DNA of 64,000 bases from Octopus bimaculoides (lineage: Eukaryota). Shown here one piece after another: positions 13,010 through 25,910 of the stretch. Numbering within the stretch: position 1 is the first letter of the stretch; every line of letters starts with the position of its first letter. The notes beneath the pieces are model-generated. The model was given only the letters and a program-made list of their open reading frames with translations, did no database searches and was not told the DNA's origin. The position numbers and the translations under genes are program-made. The stretch covers positions 72,327,378 through 72,391,377 of the forward strand of contig NC_068981.1 of assembly GCF_001194135.2 (NCBI RefSeq). Reading direction: 5' to 3'.

Positions 13010-13300
13010 AAGAAAGAAAGAAAGAGAAAGAGAGAGAAAAGAAGAGAAAGAGAGGGAGAGATCCAAGGTGTTGGAATACACCATTGATAATGGCTGTCAT
13101 ATTAGAAATACTGGAAATGAGTGCGATAGGGTCAGAGATGGCAGGGTCAGAGAGGTTGTCTTTCTTGGGAACAAGGGACATTTTTGCAGGTTTTCAAAGA
13201 TCAGACATCTGTCCTCTTGCACCTACTCTACAACATTATTCTAAAAATATACAATCACATCAAGAAAATCTTAAAGCTATGAGACAATGCATGATTAATT
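11720..13300 (-). mobile_element. Decayed Jockey/CR1-like LINE RT and 3' end, interrupted by a (GA)-rich microsatellite at 12840-13060
   Basis: VPKKDNLSDPAISDPIALISSIS (RT domain start) and KPTMEYSSQIW motifs. Confidence 0.7.
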
Positions 13301-13855
13301 CAAAACAATGTGAATAAATGAGTATTAGATTGGACAGAGTAATCTGAATGCTAAAGGATTAAAAATATAATCGTAGACACACTCCCTAAAATGCTTTTGA
13401 TCATATCTATGTTCATTCAGAAATCCCCTTTAGAGGAGGAAGATGAGGAGTAGAAAAAGCAGCAGTAGCACATGAAGTTTATGCAAATAAAAAAAAAAAG
13501 AAAAAGATAAAGTAATGAAATAGGTAACATGTTTAGCCCCAGGTTACTCTTAAATGTGCAGACCTTAGGATCAAAGGTATACTATCTTATCTTTATTTCA
13601 GGCAGTGTTCCAGGGATATTATTAGTTAAGCATCTTTAAGATGGTAGTGCATAATTTGGTGGGAATGTGGCTGTTCTTTCTAGCAGGTCGTGTAACTGCA
13701 CAGAAGTTCCACTCATAGTCACCATATATCGGGTGATAATCACCATATAAAATATCAGATGATGGTACAAACTGATTTGCTTCATAGTTCATCTCTGATT
13801 TATAGATATACTTATCTCTACACCTGAGAATGTATTTTAATTTTGTTTTTCTTAC

Positions 13856-14019
13856 CTCTTGGCTCCATCTTCAATGGTTTCTTCTCCAACTTTTACTTTA
13901 CCTCCAAAACCATTCCAGTTGCCTTTGCCAAAACCACGTTTTTTCATACCAAGTAGCACTCGACTTGACTCTCTGATAAGAACCAATGTCAGAATCTTTC
14001 TGCTTTGAGCTTGGCACAT
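13856..14019 (-). CDS. NUDT1: MTH1, first coding exon
   Basis: Acceptor ctttcag| at 14023-14022, ATG at 14019, donor |gtaag at 13855. Translation [55 protein letters not shown]. Total CDS is 164+146+215 = 525 nt, giving 174 aa plus stop. Confidence 0.95.
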
Positions 14020-14351
14020 TCCTGAAAGACATAGATATAAAGATTATTAGACAATGAGAATGATAGTTAGAAAAAGGAAAACGAAAAAAAAAGTTATCCC
14101 TGGTGTTCTGAGAGCAGATTATGATTAAAAGCAATTTAGCAATAATCATCCCAACGTTTTAAGGGGCTTATATGACTACACACTCATATCACACCCTGAC
14201 ATTGCAGAGTGTGATTAGGCTGCTACTTCTAGCATGTAGGCCTTTTCATTCACTTCAGAAAGAAAAAAAGCCTGACAGAAATTTGATTTCTTGAAATACT
14301 GAATATAAGATTATATATTAAAACCATGTAAATGTAACTTGGAGCTGAATC

Positions 14352-15445
14352 ATCATCATCATCATCATCATCGTTTAACGTCCGCTTTCCATGCTAGCAT
14401 GGGTTGGACGATTTGACTGAGGACTGGTGAAACCGGATGGCAACACCAGGCTCCAGTCTGATTTGGCAGAGTTTCTACAGCTGGATGCCCTTCCTAACGC
14501 CAACCACTCAGAGAGTGTAGTGGGTGCTTTTACGTGTCACCCGCACGAAAACGGCCACGCTCGAAATGGTGTCTTTTATGTGCCNNNNNNNNNNNNNNNN
14601 NNNNNNNNNNNNNNNNNNNNNNNNNNNNNNNNNNNNNNNNNNNNNNNNNNNNNNNNNNNNNNNNNNNNNNNNNNNNNNNNNNNNNNNNNNNNNNNNNNNN
14701 NNNNNNNNNNNNNNNNNNNNNNNNNNNNNNNNNNNNNNNNNNNNNNNNNNNNNNNNNNNNNNNNNNNNNNNNNNNNNNNNNNNNNNNNNNNNNNNNNNNN
14801 NNNNNNNNNNNNNNNNNNNNNNNNNNNNNNNNNNNNNNNNNNNNNNNNNNNNNNNNNNNNNNNNNNNNNNNNNNNNNNNNNNNNNNNNNNNNNNNNNNNN
14901 NNNNNNNNNNNNNNNNNNNNNNNNNNNNNNNNNNNNNNNNNNNNNNNNNNNNNNNNNNNNNNNNNNNNNNNNNNNNNNNNNNNNNNNNNNNNNNNNNNNN
15001 NNNNNNNNNNNNNNNNNNNNNNNNNNNNNNNNNNNNNNNNNNNNNNNNNNNNNNNNNNNNNNNNNNTACAGCCCATGTTTCACTGCCATGTAGCATGGTT
15101 GTTCGTACGCATGCGTCATACAGTCTGCCTTTTACTCTGAGTGAGAGTCCCTTTGTCGCCAGCAGGGGTAAGAGCTCTCTAAACTTTGCCCAGGCTATTC
15201 TTATTCTAGCAGCTACACTTTCAGCGCACCCACCCCCACTACTAACTTGGTCGCCCAGATAGCGGAAGCTATCGACTACCTCTAGTTTTTCACCCTGGAA
15301 TGAGATAGAAGTTGTTTCCTGTTTGTTTGCAGTCTTTATTGCACCTGAACATCTGCCACAAACAAAAACTAACTTGCTAGTTAACCTGCCTTTGATGTTG
15401 CTGCACCTCTTATGTGTCCATAGCTTGCACATAAGAGGTGCAGCA
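14352..15445 (-). mobile_element. RTE-clade LINE, 5'-truncated, relatively young, with (CAT)n/(ATG)n tail; contains N gap 14585-15066
   Basis: EKLEVVDSFRYLGDQVSSGGGCAESVAARIRIAWAKFRELLPLL...KGRLYDACVRTTMLHGSETW is the RTE RT C-terminus, without stops. The 3' UTR is shared with copies at 16570, 17866, 28344 and 29287. Confidence 0.9.
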
Positions 15446-16569
15446 ACACAACGCATGGTAATAATAATAATAATAAAAATAATACTCTCTACTATAAACA
15501 CAAGGCCTGAAATTTGGAGCATGTGTGTGTGTGGGGAGGGGTATGATCTAATCGATTACATCAACCCCAATAAATGAATGATACTTATTTCATTGATCCT
15601 GAAACAATGAATGGCAAAATTTGAACTCAGAATGTAAAGGACAAATTAGCACTAAGCATTTTGTCTGGTGTGCTAATGATTCTGCCAGCTTACTATAATA
15701 ATAATAATAATAAATAAAAACTGCTGATCTACTGTATATAAATAGTAGAATATTTATTTCTTATTGCCCACAGAGGGCTAAACATAGAGGTGACAAACAA
15801 GGACAAAGGGATTAAGTCGATTACATCAACCCCAGTAGTTTTCAGGGGAGGGGTTAGTCAATATCATTGATCCCTTGAACTTGACTGATAGTTTATTTTG
15901 TTGAACTCAGTGGGGACAAAAGTTGACCCTAACAAGATTTAAACTCAGAATGTAAAGAGCTGGAAGAAATACTACAAAGCAATTTTTCCACAATGCTTTT
16001 ATGATTCTCAAGCATTTTATTTGACACAATTATTCTGTCAAATTATTGCCCTAATAATTAAAATAATAATTGTTGGACCTAACTGAGATAAGGGCTTGAG
16101 GCTTCTAGCGATTTGCTGTCAAACTAAGTAAAATCATGGCCATCCATACGTACAGACATGTCCTTTATGAACCATTCTTTTAGTTGCTTTTATGGCATAG
16201 AGGAAAGATTAGGTCTATCTATTCTTTGGCATGCTGGTCCCCACACAACACAAGACAATAGGAAATCTATTTCACATATCTGTCTAAAAGTGTGATTTAA
16301 GGTATTTAAGATATATATGCAAATATACCCGAATTTCAGTGTTAGTTTTAATTTAATAGCCATAGTTAAAATATTTAAAATTTCCTCTACGATACAAGGG
16401 AGACAACTACAAATTCCAACAAAATTGTTTTTGACGCCATACAATATTTAGGAAAACAAACGCATGTATATATTAGTTTGTGACGTTATATACATCGTAA
16501 AGATTTGAGAAATATGTACGTTATTATTAATTAAATCCTTTCAGCAATGTATTTTCAAAATAGTATAAG

Positions 16570-17082
16570 CATAGGTAAACAAACTCCACTTGCGAAGACC
16601 TGTTGAGGCAAGTGAAATCGAAATCGAATTAAATTCGACGACTGGCACCCATGCCAACGTCGTCTCCTTCATTGGACACGAAACTCAGCTTGCGAAGACT
16701 TATTGGGGCAAGCGAAATCGTGATGGCACCTGTGCCCAGCGACGCCTTTCTGGCACTTGTGCCCGCGGCATGTGTAAGGACTTTCGAGCGAGATCGTTGC
16801 CAGTGCTCCTGGACTGGCTCTTGTGCGGGTGGCACATAAAATACACCATTTCGAGCGTGGCCGTTGCCAGTACCGTCTGACTGGCCTTCTTGCCGGTGGC
16901 ACGTAAAAGCACCCACTACACTCTCTGAGTGGTTGGCGTTAGGAAGGGCATCCAGCTGTAGAAACTCTGCCAAATCAGATTGGAGCCTGGTGTAGCCATC
17001 TGGTTTCACCAGTCCTCAGTCAAATCATCCAACCCATGCTAGCATGGAAAGCGGACGTTAAACGACGACGACGATGATGATG
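16570..17082 (+). mobile_element. RTE 3' UTR-type repeat (3' end or SINE-like derivative) with internal duplication of CTTGCGAAGAC..GGCAAG.GAAATCG
   Basis: Reverse complement of the 14352-14584 and 17866-18180 segments; ends in (GAC/GAT)n. Confidence 0.8.
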
Positions 17083-17401
17083 TAATATGTCAACACAGAG
17101 CAATTTGTTCAAAGCAAGATTGAATGTGATAAAATGTCATAAAAGTATTTGTACAATTAGGTAATATTTCAGAGCAATAATATGTCTACCTTTATTCTTA
17201 TACAACTTGAAAGCACAGCAAAATAGAAGGAAAATTAGTTATACATGGTGTCCACAAAGTCTGGGTACATGGGGATTAACACATACTTTAAGAAATTATT
17301 ATTTCTTATATTTAATTGTTTGTGTTATGATTTGTATACATGCATGTATTTTTATTTAAGTGTGTGTATATGTACCTATAAAGATGTCGACATGGTTTAT
17401 G

Positions 17402-17436
<35 letters not shown>

Positions 17437-17865
17437 CGTAAGGAGAGAATTTTGTCTCCACATTTTATTACCTAGGGAGATTAAATACTGACCAGTTTTT
17501 CAACCTCGTCAGTCACCCACGCGGGTCTGCGTTTTTAAATATGTGTGTGTATTGTATGTTTATATGTATAAGTATACACCCACACCTTTCTTCACCATTG
17601 CTTCTTTTGCTTGTCGTTTCTGTTGAAGTTGTTCTTGTAACTGTTGCCATAGTCCATGTTGTTCATATTTTTATTTTCTTTGATTTCTTTCGTTTTTCTC
17701 TTATCTTCCTAGGAAATTTGACGACAAGCTTCTTTCATTTACTTTCTTCGTTTCTTTTAAATATATTCAAGGTACACCACAGGCTTGTGGCCACTTAAAT
17801 TCATGGGCCTTGGGAAACCGCCCTGGCTGACCCCACCTTTTCTCAGTGGGACTGTATATACATAC

Positions 17866-18180
17866 ATCATCATCATCATCGTCTAACGTCCGCTTTCCAT
17901 GCTAGCATGGGTTGGATTATTTGACTGAGGACTGGTGAACCAGATGGCAACACCAGGTACCAATCTGATTTGGCAGAGTTTCTACGGCTGGATGCCCTTC
18001 CTAACGCCAACCACCCAGAGAGTGTAGTGGGTGCTTTTACGTGCCACCGGCACGAAGGCCAGTCAGGAGGTACTGGCAACGGCCACGCTCGAAATGGTGT
18101 ATTTTATGTGCCACCAGAACCAGTCCAGGAGCCCTGGCAACGATCTCGCTCGAAAATCCTTACACATGTCACAGGCACAA
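17866..18180 (-). mobile_element. RTE 3' UTR-type repeat
   Basis: (CAT)n followed by cgtctaacgtccgctttccatgctagcatgggttgg, as at 14352. Confidence 0.8.
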
Positions 18181-18409
18181 GGTGTGTATGTGTGTGTGTG
18201 TTTGCAAATGGACTCTTCCCAACAGAACTATCTTTGAAAAAGCTTTCTCAAAAAGAGAATACTTAAGATTTAACTCTACAACAAATCTTCAAAATTGTGA
18301 TGTTTGTTTTATATTATAAAGATAGTATTTATATTAGTTCTTAAAATGTTCTAAATGTAAATTGATCCCAAGAAAAATTAATAAGATAAGACTTTTATAT
18401 AAAGCTCAC

Positions 18410-20400
18410 TTGAAAAAAAAATGTTTTTTTTTTATATATGGGAGATAATCCAAGTTTTTAGTGGGGAGACAACCCCATTGTTTAATTGGGGGGGGGGGAT
18501 AACTAAAAATTACCATAGCTTTTCCCAACCAAATTTGAGGCCTTGTACCTATAGTAGAAAAGATTATTGTATTAAATGAAGGTAGCAAGCTGGCAGAATA
18601 GTTATCACGCTGGGAAAATGCATAGCGGCATTTCTTGCAGGTCTTAACGTTCTAAGTTCAATTGCCACCGAAGTTGATTTTGTCTTTCATCTTTTTGAGG
18701 TTGATGAATTAAATGTCAGTTGAACATCAGGGACAATGTAACCGACTAAGCCCGCCCCCAACAAATTTCAGGCCTTGTGCGCATTATAGAAAATATTGTT
18801 ATATTAAATGCACTGGATCGCAAGGACAATAACAAGGACAAAATGTCTTGTGGTATCCAAGACCCTTTATATATGCATTCATGTCCTACTAGAAGGCAAC
18901 TTTGGCTCTCAAACTTTTGAGATCAATAAAGTACTTGTTAGTTTATTGGGATGAGAATAAGCTATACTTTCTCTAAAATTGGTGACAGTTTGCCAATGTA
19001 AGAAATTATTAGGAAACAGAATTAAGGTAGCAAGCTGGCAGAATCATTAGCATGTGAGGCAAAATGGCATTTTGTCCATCTTTACATTCTGAGTTCAAAT
19101 TCCGCCATGCTCGACTTTGCCTTTCAACCTTTTGGAGTCGATAAAATAAGTACAAATTGAATACTGGGTCAAGATATTCAATTTATCCCCCTCCTTGAAC
19201 TTGCTGGCCTAATGCCAAAATTTGAAAGCGTTAAGAAACAGAATAAATGAAGGAAGAGAAGAAATGAAGCCTGGAAAAAGAACAAAGGATACCATCATTC
19301 CTTTAACATCCACGTATCCATGCTTGCATGGGTCGGACAGAATTTACCAGGGTAGATTTTCTACAGCCTTTCCTGCTGCCATATTTACCTGTTTCTAAGA
19401 ATGTAATATTTTCCTGCGGCCAAGCATATTTTTGCAAAATACTGGAAATTAACAACACTGCTAGTTATAACAGTGATACTCATTTACAGCTAACATGCTA
19501 TATCAAGAGAAAGCAACACACACAAGCGTATACATTTGTGGGCCTAAGCTATAGTAAAAAACACTTGCCCAAGGTGCCCAGCAGTGAGACTGAACCCAAA
19601 ACGATGTGATTGAGAAGTAAACTTAACCTCACAACTCCACTTGCACTTGTGGATAGCAATGGGAGAATATCAAACAAAATGCTGTGATACTGGTATTTAA
19701 TAAAATACACATCAATGAACATTTCCTTCCCCTACAATATATATAATATATATACATACACACACACATATACATAAATAAAATCATTATAATTAGCAGC
19801 ATTCCATCTGTTCTGAGTTCAAATTCAGCTAAGGTTGATTTTATCTTTTATCCTTTTGGGGTTGATGAAATAAGTACCAGTTGGGCAACGAGGTAGGACT
19901 GTCCCCCTCCTACAAAATTTCAAGCATCGTGCCAACAGTAGAAAGGATTATTATTGTTATAATTAAAGTGGTGAGCTGACAGAATTGTTGGCACCAAGGA
20001 CAAAATGCTCGGCGGCATTTCTTCCAGTGCTTTATGATCTGACTTACTGCTGATGTCAACTTTGCCATTCATCCTTTCAGGGTTGATAAAATAAAGTACC
20101 GATCAAGTACTGTGAAGTGGGGATCGATGTTATTAACTAATCCACCCCCACCCCCGCCTAAAGTTGCTGACCTTGGGCCAAAATTTGAAACCAAAGGCTA
20201 AATTGTTACCATATTGGTCAAAACAGCTAACAGTATTTCTTCTAGCTCGTTATGATCTTAGTTCAAATTCTGCAGGGGTAAACTTTGCTGTTCATAGTTC
20301 GAGGTAGGGTGTATTAAAATGAAGTACCAATTTATTACTGGAATCAATGGCACAACCTTTCACCTCAAAATTACTTGCTTTGTGCCAAAATTTGAAAGTA
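18410..20400. mobile_element. Cluster of decayed tRNA-derived SINEs, family S1 (GAGCTGGCAGAA..TTAGCA..TTCTGAGTTCAAATTCCGCCGAGGTCGACTTTGCC)
   Basis: At least six partial copies. Other S1 copies lie at about 15490-16010, 22415, 24070, 27515, 31585, 34225-35510, 44638, 45940-46370, 49068, 51650-52150, 54557, 57950 and 63310. Confidence 0.8.
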
Positions 20401-20593
20401 GCAGCCACAACACTACTACTAAAGTGACAAAACCATCAAGAACTGGACTGAACAAATTGCTATACAATAATCCCTTGCCATATTGTGGTTTATTATTTAA
20501 GCTTACGTTGATTCCTCTGTGATGTTGTTTTGCATTTATAATAAAATAACTATATACAAATTATGAAAATAAAAAAATATACAGCCTATATAT

Positions 20594-20757
20594 AGGCGCA
20601 GGAGTGGCTGTGTGGTTAGTAGCTTGCTTACCAACCACATGGTTCCGGGTTCAGTCCCACTGCGTGACACCATGGGCAAGTGTCATCTACTATAGCCTCG
20701 GGCCGACCAAAGCCTTGTGACTGGATTTGGTAGACAGAAACTGAAAGAAGCCCGTCG

Positions 20758-20792
<35 letters not shown>

Positions 20793-21000
20793 ATATGTTT
20801 GTGTGTCTGTGTTTGTCCCCCCAACATCGCTTGACAACCGATGCTGGTGTCTTTACGTCCCCGTAACTTAGCGGTTCGGCAAAAGAGACCGATAGAATAA
20901 GTATTGGGCTTCCAAAGAATAAGTCCTGGGGTCGATTTGCTCGACTAAAGGTGGTGCTCCAGCATGGCTGCAGTCAAATGACTGAAACAAGTAAAAGAGT
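20594..21000 (+). mobile_element. Near full-length S2 SINE
   Basis: tRNA-like head (GGCGCAGGAGTGGCTGTGTGG ... GGTTCAGTCCC), conserved core, central microsatellite and gtaaaagag tail. Confidence 0.85.
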
Positions 21001-21263
21001 ACTGTTTCTACTTCGTGGATTTTCACTTATCACAGTGGGGTTTGGAACCTGCTAGAGTCGAGGAATTACTGTATTTGTTCTTGTTCATCCTACCAGTTTA
21101 AAATTCATGGATATTACAGTTATTTAGAAAACATCAAAATTGCTGGAATCCCACAGAAAACCATGAAATACATAATTTCATTTGAAATTCTAAATTTTCT
21201 TAAATGTCTGATTGTCAAGATGGTGTTAAGTTCACGTAAGTAGTATTGAAGATGCATTCTTAA

Positions 21264-21541
21264 CCCATTACCTCCCATAATTCTATTAACTGGAATTTTC
21301 GTTATGAAACTTTGATTTCTAGCATAAAACAGCCTTAGAAACGTGCTGGAATGATCAAAATAACATTTTAAATAGAAATAAGTGCGATATTGGGTGAAAA
21401 ATTAGCAAACCTCATTTGAATATCAGAGCAATATACTTAGTAGATATAGCAAAAAGGTTAGATATGTGTAAATATTGACAGAGAATTACGAAATTTGTAA
21501 TTTTTAAGTGATTTCATATGAGATCACTGGTAGGTAATGGA
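21264..21541. mobile_element. piggyBac-like MITE
   Basis: TTAA flanks (21260-63 and 21542-45) and inverted termini CCCATTACCTCCCA / TGGTAGGTAATGGA. Confidence 0.6.
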
Positions 21542-22649
21542 TTAAGAGAAAACATCTATGAAATCTAGATTCTTTATTGTACACTTAACATCACTTTCAC
21601 ACGAGAATTTGTTATTTTTATCTTTACATCAAAATGTAAACAATCTAAATAAGGAATAAAAACAAAAACAATAGCTATCATATTCCCTTATAGTACTGCT
21701 ATTGTGCAATTACATTTGGTAAAGCTTTATCAAATTTCAAAACTTCATCCTTATTTTCATATAAGTACATACAGCTTAACTTTAACTCTCAATCCCAGTG
21801 AATGAAGTAGAGCAGTTTCCATACTGACCTCCTAAATATATCAGTGTGTGTGTGTCATGCTCTTTTAGTGGTTTGTCATTTTGACTGTGGCCATGCTGGA
21901 TCACCACCTTAAAGGGTGTTAGTCGAAGAAGAAACTGACACCAGGACTTATGCTTTGTAAGCCTAGTATTTGTTCTATTGGTTTCCTTTGCTGAACTGCT
22001 AAGTTATGGGGATGTAAACATACCAGCATCGGTTGTCAAGCGATGGCCGGGGGAGGGGGGCAAACACAGACACACATATGTATCCTATTATAAATTTGAG
22101 CAATGTTCCTGTCGAAGCAAAAAATTTCACTCTATGGCAGGAGCGAACCCACCTACCACAGAGAATAAACATACAATTTTGTTTGTAAACGAGCAAACAC
22201 AAAAAATCCGCCAAAGGCAAGTGAAAATGTCGCAATGCTGAACAAAAACCTGCTGAAAAAAATACACAACAAATTATTGCTCAGCTGAGCAACAAAACCG
22301 ACTTACTTTGGCGAGTTCTTCAAATGTTCTTTGTTTTCATTAATTGGACGGAGAACAGCTGACCCACATCCACCTCTGTTCACGGAAGCAAGCTTCTTAC
22401 CACACACAAATATTGCAAACTAGCAGAATTGTTAGCACACTGGGGAAAATGCTTAGCAACATTTCGTCCATCTTTATGCATTGAGTTCAAATTCCAATAA
22501 AGTCAACTCTGCATTTCATTCTTTCAGGGCAGACAAAAACTAAGTACCAGTTGAATACTGGGATTGATGCAATTGACTTACCCTGCCCACCCTCTAAATT
22601 GCTGGCCTTGTACCAAAATTTGAAACCAATACACACACACACACACACA

Positions 22650-22863
22650 CAGGGTGTCCATAAATTATCTTTATAATTTGAAAAATTCTGAGGAAGTGAA
22701 AAATAAGGAGGATAACTCAGCAGAGTTTATTGGCAACCAAACAATTTTGTTTGAAACATCAGAACACTTCTTCTAAGTGAACTCTAATGGTTGCATACAA
22801 CACATCTAGAGAATACAGTAAAATAAACTGTGGAAGTTGTGAAAATAATTTATGAACACCTTG
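22650..22863. mobile_element. Tc1/mariner-type MITE
   Basis: Imperfect TIRs CAGGGTGTCCATAAATTAT / ATAATTTATGAACACCTTG, followed by TA. Confidence 0.6.
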
Positions 22864-24588
22864 TATAGATATCTCATAGGTTTCATTTTTAATATCCACT
22901 TTTCCATGCTTGCATGGGTCAGATGGAAGTTGTTGGAGACAGATTTTTAATGGCCAGCTGTCTTCCTGTTGTTAGCCTTCATCTGTTTCCAAATAGAAAT
23001 TAATATTTCTCCACAGCCAGAAAAGTTTTTGTGGAAGACTGGAAACAAAAACACTGGTTGTAAGACAGTGACACTCAGAACTATTGTTTGATGACAGACA
23101 CACACACATCTTTTGTTTGTTTCAGTCATTTGACTGTGGCCATGAAGAGGTATCACCCTGTAGGGTTTAGTGGAACAAATTGACCCCATAATTAGGTTTT
23201 GATTTTTAAAGCTTGTTTATTATTCTATTGGTTTCTTTTACCAAACTGCTGAATTACGGGGATATAAACAAACCAACACTGTTCGTCAAACATTGGTGGG
23301 GATCAGGAGCAAACAAAATCTTGCACACACATACATATAGCTATACAATGGGCTCCTCTCCATCTATCAAATACATTCACAAGGCTTTGGTTTGCCAAGG
23401 GCTAGATACTTGCCTAGTGTTTCCTTGTGATTGAAGAAAACTGTATGCATGTGTTTTAGCTTGAATACATACACGTAAGTATTGCAATTTACAATATTAA
23501 TTACTTGAGAAATGTTTAAGTTTATTTTTGACTTCACTCCAAAGTTTATCAGTCAACTGTTTAGCAAATTCATCCTATGGTCAAGAAACCCTTTGTTTAA
23601 ACTGTTACATATGGTGACTTATGTAGTAGAATAATGATATTGATTGTAAAGGAGTCAATAAAATAAATCTCAGACAGGTACAAGGGAGGACGGAATCTAC
23701 CCTAGTTTTCTTCTACTATATTACAGAGTAAAAAATAAAAAAAAGATATTGATTTGTAACACTGACACACCTGGTTTCACGTAATTGCACCAGTTACAAG
23801 AAATAGCTAGATTACCTAACAGTTTAAAAAGAAACTAAGACGAGACTGGAATGCTTGGAACATAGGTCTACCTAGTCAGAAATGAACAAGATCTAAACTG
23901 CAACACTTAGTACTTTTTCTATCCAATTTGGGAGCCTCTATGCAGTCAACAGACTTGTTAGAAATAACTGTCAACTTACCTACATATCCGATATATGAAC
24001 TTGATAGACGAAAGATTTGATAAGACCGTGTATGTATGCGATGTGTGAGTGTGTGTTTACTGATAATAATCCTTTCTACTGTAGGCACAAGGCCTGAAAT
24101 TTAGGGGACGGGGGCTAGTCGATTACATTGATCCCAGTACTCGACCGGTACTTGTTTTATCGACACCAAAAGGATGAAAGGCAAAATTTAAACTCGAAAC
24201 GTAAAGTCTGAAGAAATGCTTTTAGGCATTTTGTCTGGCATGCTAACGACTCGACCAGCTCACCATCTATTACTTAGTGATAATAAAGTATTTGAATTAA
24301 CAGCACTTCTAGTGATGAGCTTTATTTTTTTCATTTCTATTCAATAACGAAAGTATTCAACAACGAAAGTGATACGTTATATGCTTTCGTTTACTTAAAA
24401 CGACAGTATAAGTCTTAAGCAATAATTCTCTGTGAAAAAGAGACTGCGAGTAACTACTCAAGATGTGTCCAAAAGATAAGAAAACGAAGTTATATTACAT
24501 TAACAATACACCCTTATCTGTCGCTGATATTACGAAAAAGGCTATTTCTCAAATACTTATATGATACGAGTTTGTTTGACTCATTTAC

Positions 24589-24621
24589 CTTATCCTGATA
24601 TCAATTCATGTAAATATTCCA
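24589..24621 (-). other. Candidate 33-nt non-coding 5' UTR exon of NUDT1
   Basis: Strong acceptor tatttaatttcag| and donor aag|gtaaat. All three frames contain stops. The first coding exon begins with an acceptor, so an upstream exon must exist. Confidence 0.4.
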
Positions 24622-24834
24622 CTGAAATTAAATACAGTTCTTTGGAACCAATCAGTAACAAAGATACACACAATTTACAAATATTTGCAAAACATTACTG
24701 CAAATTCCTGGGTTGTCTTTTAGATAACTCACACACTATTATCAATAGTTACAATTTCTAAAACCATTGTGCATAATTAATTCACAATAACAATTAAACT
24801 TAACAGTAATAAAAAATTCAAAAAACATATTCAC

Positions 24835-25060
24835 CAGATCTCGTAATGTAAATAAAGCACTCCTCCAATGCAGACCGGTTCAAACGTTTGGCGCCACAAC
24901 TACCTTAATAACTTTCTGAACACTAAAGAGTTTCGTGGGACAGGAAGTTGATCCAGCTCTAATGTCCTTTCTAAAGTGTTTTAGTTCTAATTGCTTTGTG
25001 TTCTAGTATCTATGGAAAAGAAATCGGTGGCGGAATTTTTTAACGAAGTATTAATACTAT
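24835..25060. promoter_or_regulatory. Candidate (possibly bidirectional) promoter and first exon of NUDT1
   Basis: Non-repetitive, locally CpG-retaining stretch containing CAGGAAGT (ETS-like), with a minus-strand donor ctg|gtgaat at 24834. Confidence 0.4.
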
Positions 25061-25419
25061 CAGTTAAGAGCGAGATGATGACCTACATATTTAAGTCAGT
25101 CTATTGGCTTGTATATTTTAATTAAAGTATTTCTTTTGGAATAAAATAATGCTACGTAGCAGAATGTGATTATATTCCAATTTTTTATTTGAATGTAAAA
25201 GTTATCTCCCCATAGTATTAATAAAATGAAAGTGAAGTTATATTTTAGGGTTGTAAAAGTTATCTCCCCGTCGACACACTTTCGATAATGATGTTGGTCT
25301 TGCATAACGGATTTAATTCAAGTCGTTAATAGCATGTATCAACATATTGTTTATAACATTTCGTCGATAACTTCTGTTGATCAATTTATTTTTTCCCTTT
25401 TTTCTCGTTTAGAAATTTA

Positions 25420-25910
25420 ATAATTTTCAGTATTCCTACAGATGTGTGCATCCCCCTCCACGAATTTGTTTCCTCATAACTTCCAGAAAAATGGATATTT
25501 TTAAATGAAATTTTCTACAAATATGCTTCAGATGGTGTAGATTCCGATTATATCAGAAATTGTTGTGAAAAAAAACAAAAAAACATTCCTTAGGGTAGGA
25601 AGAGGACTTTCGAAAAATTCACATCTGTAGGCTTTGTTTTCAGGAAAATGGGTATTTTGTAACGAAATTTCTTTCAAATACCTCTCAGAGTGTGTAAATT
25701 ACGATTACATCGGAATTTGATATGAAATATAAAACAGTGAGAACATACATTCTAACACACATCACAATTTTTTTCGAAATTTCAAGTTTCATCTGTTTGA
25801 AATGAAATTTTGATATAGAAGTGGAAAATAAAGTTGTTTTTTCTCTTTCTTTTTTTCTATTAGAGTAGCTAACTACTACGGACTGAAATAAATATAATAT
25901 ATGTATAAGG
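25420..25910. repeat. Non-autonomous repeat with internal direct repeat and short inverted repeat (Helitron/Helentron-like, tentative)
   Basis: aaaatgg.tatttt...gaaattt...caaata...cag..tgtgta.att.cgatta.atc.gaa occurs twice; cctacagatgtg and cacatctgtagg are inverted. The class call is from recall only. Confidence 0.4.

Noticed and set aside
14427-15262. ORFs of 150-330 aa spanning N runs (also 1242, 28866-29302, 32069-32698, 37198-37727, 43184-43760)
   Set aside because: Their length is an artefact of assembly gaps; the real parts are repeat sequence.
20594-20670. tRNA gene-like A and B boxes (also 29940, 34260, 44640, 49070)
   Set aside because: No complete cloverleaf is evident, and each runs into a SINE body present in many copies.
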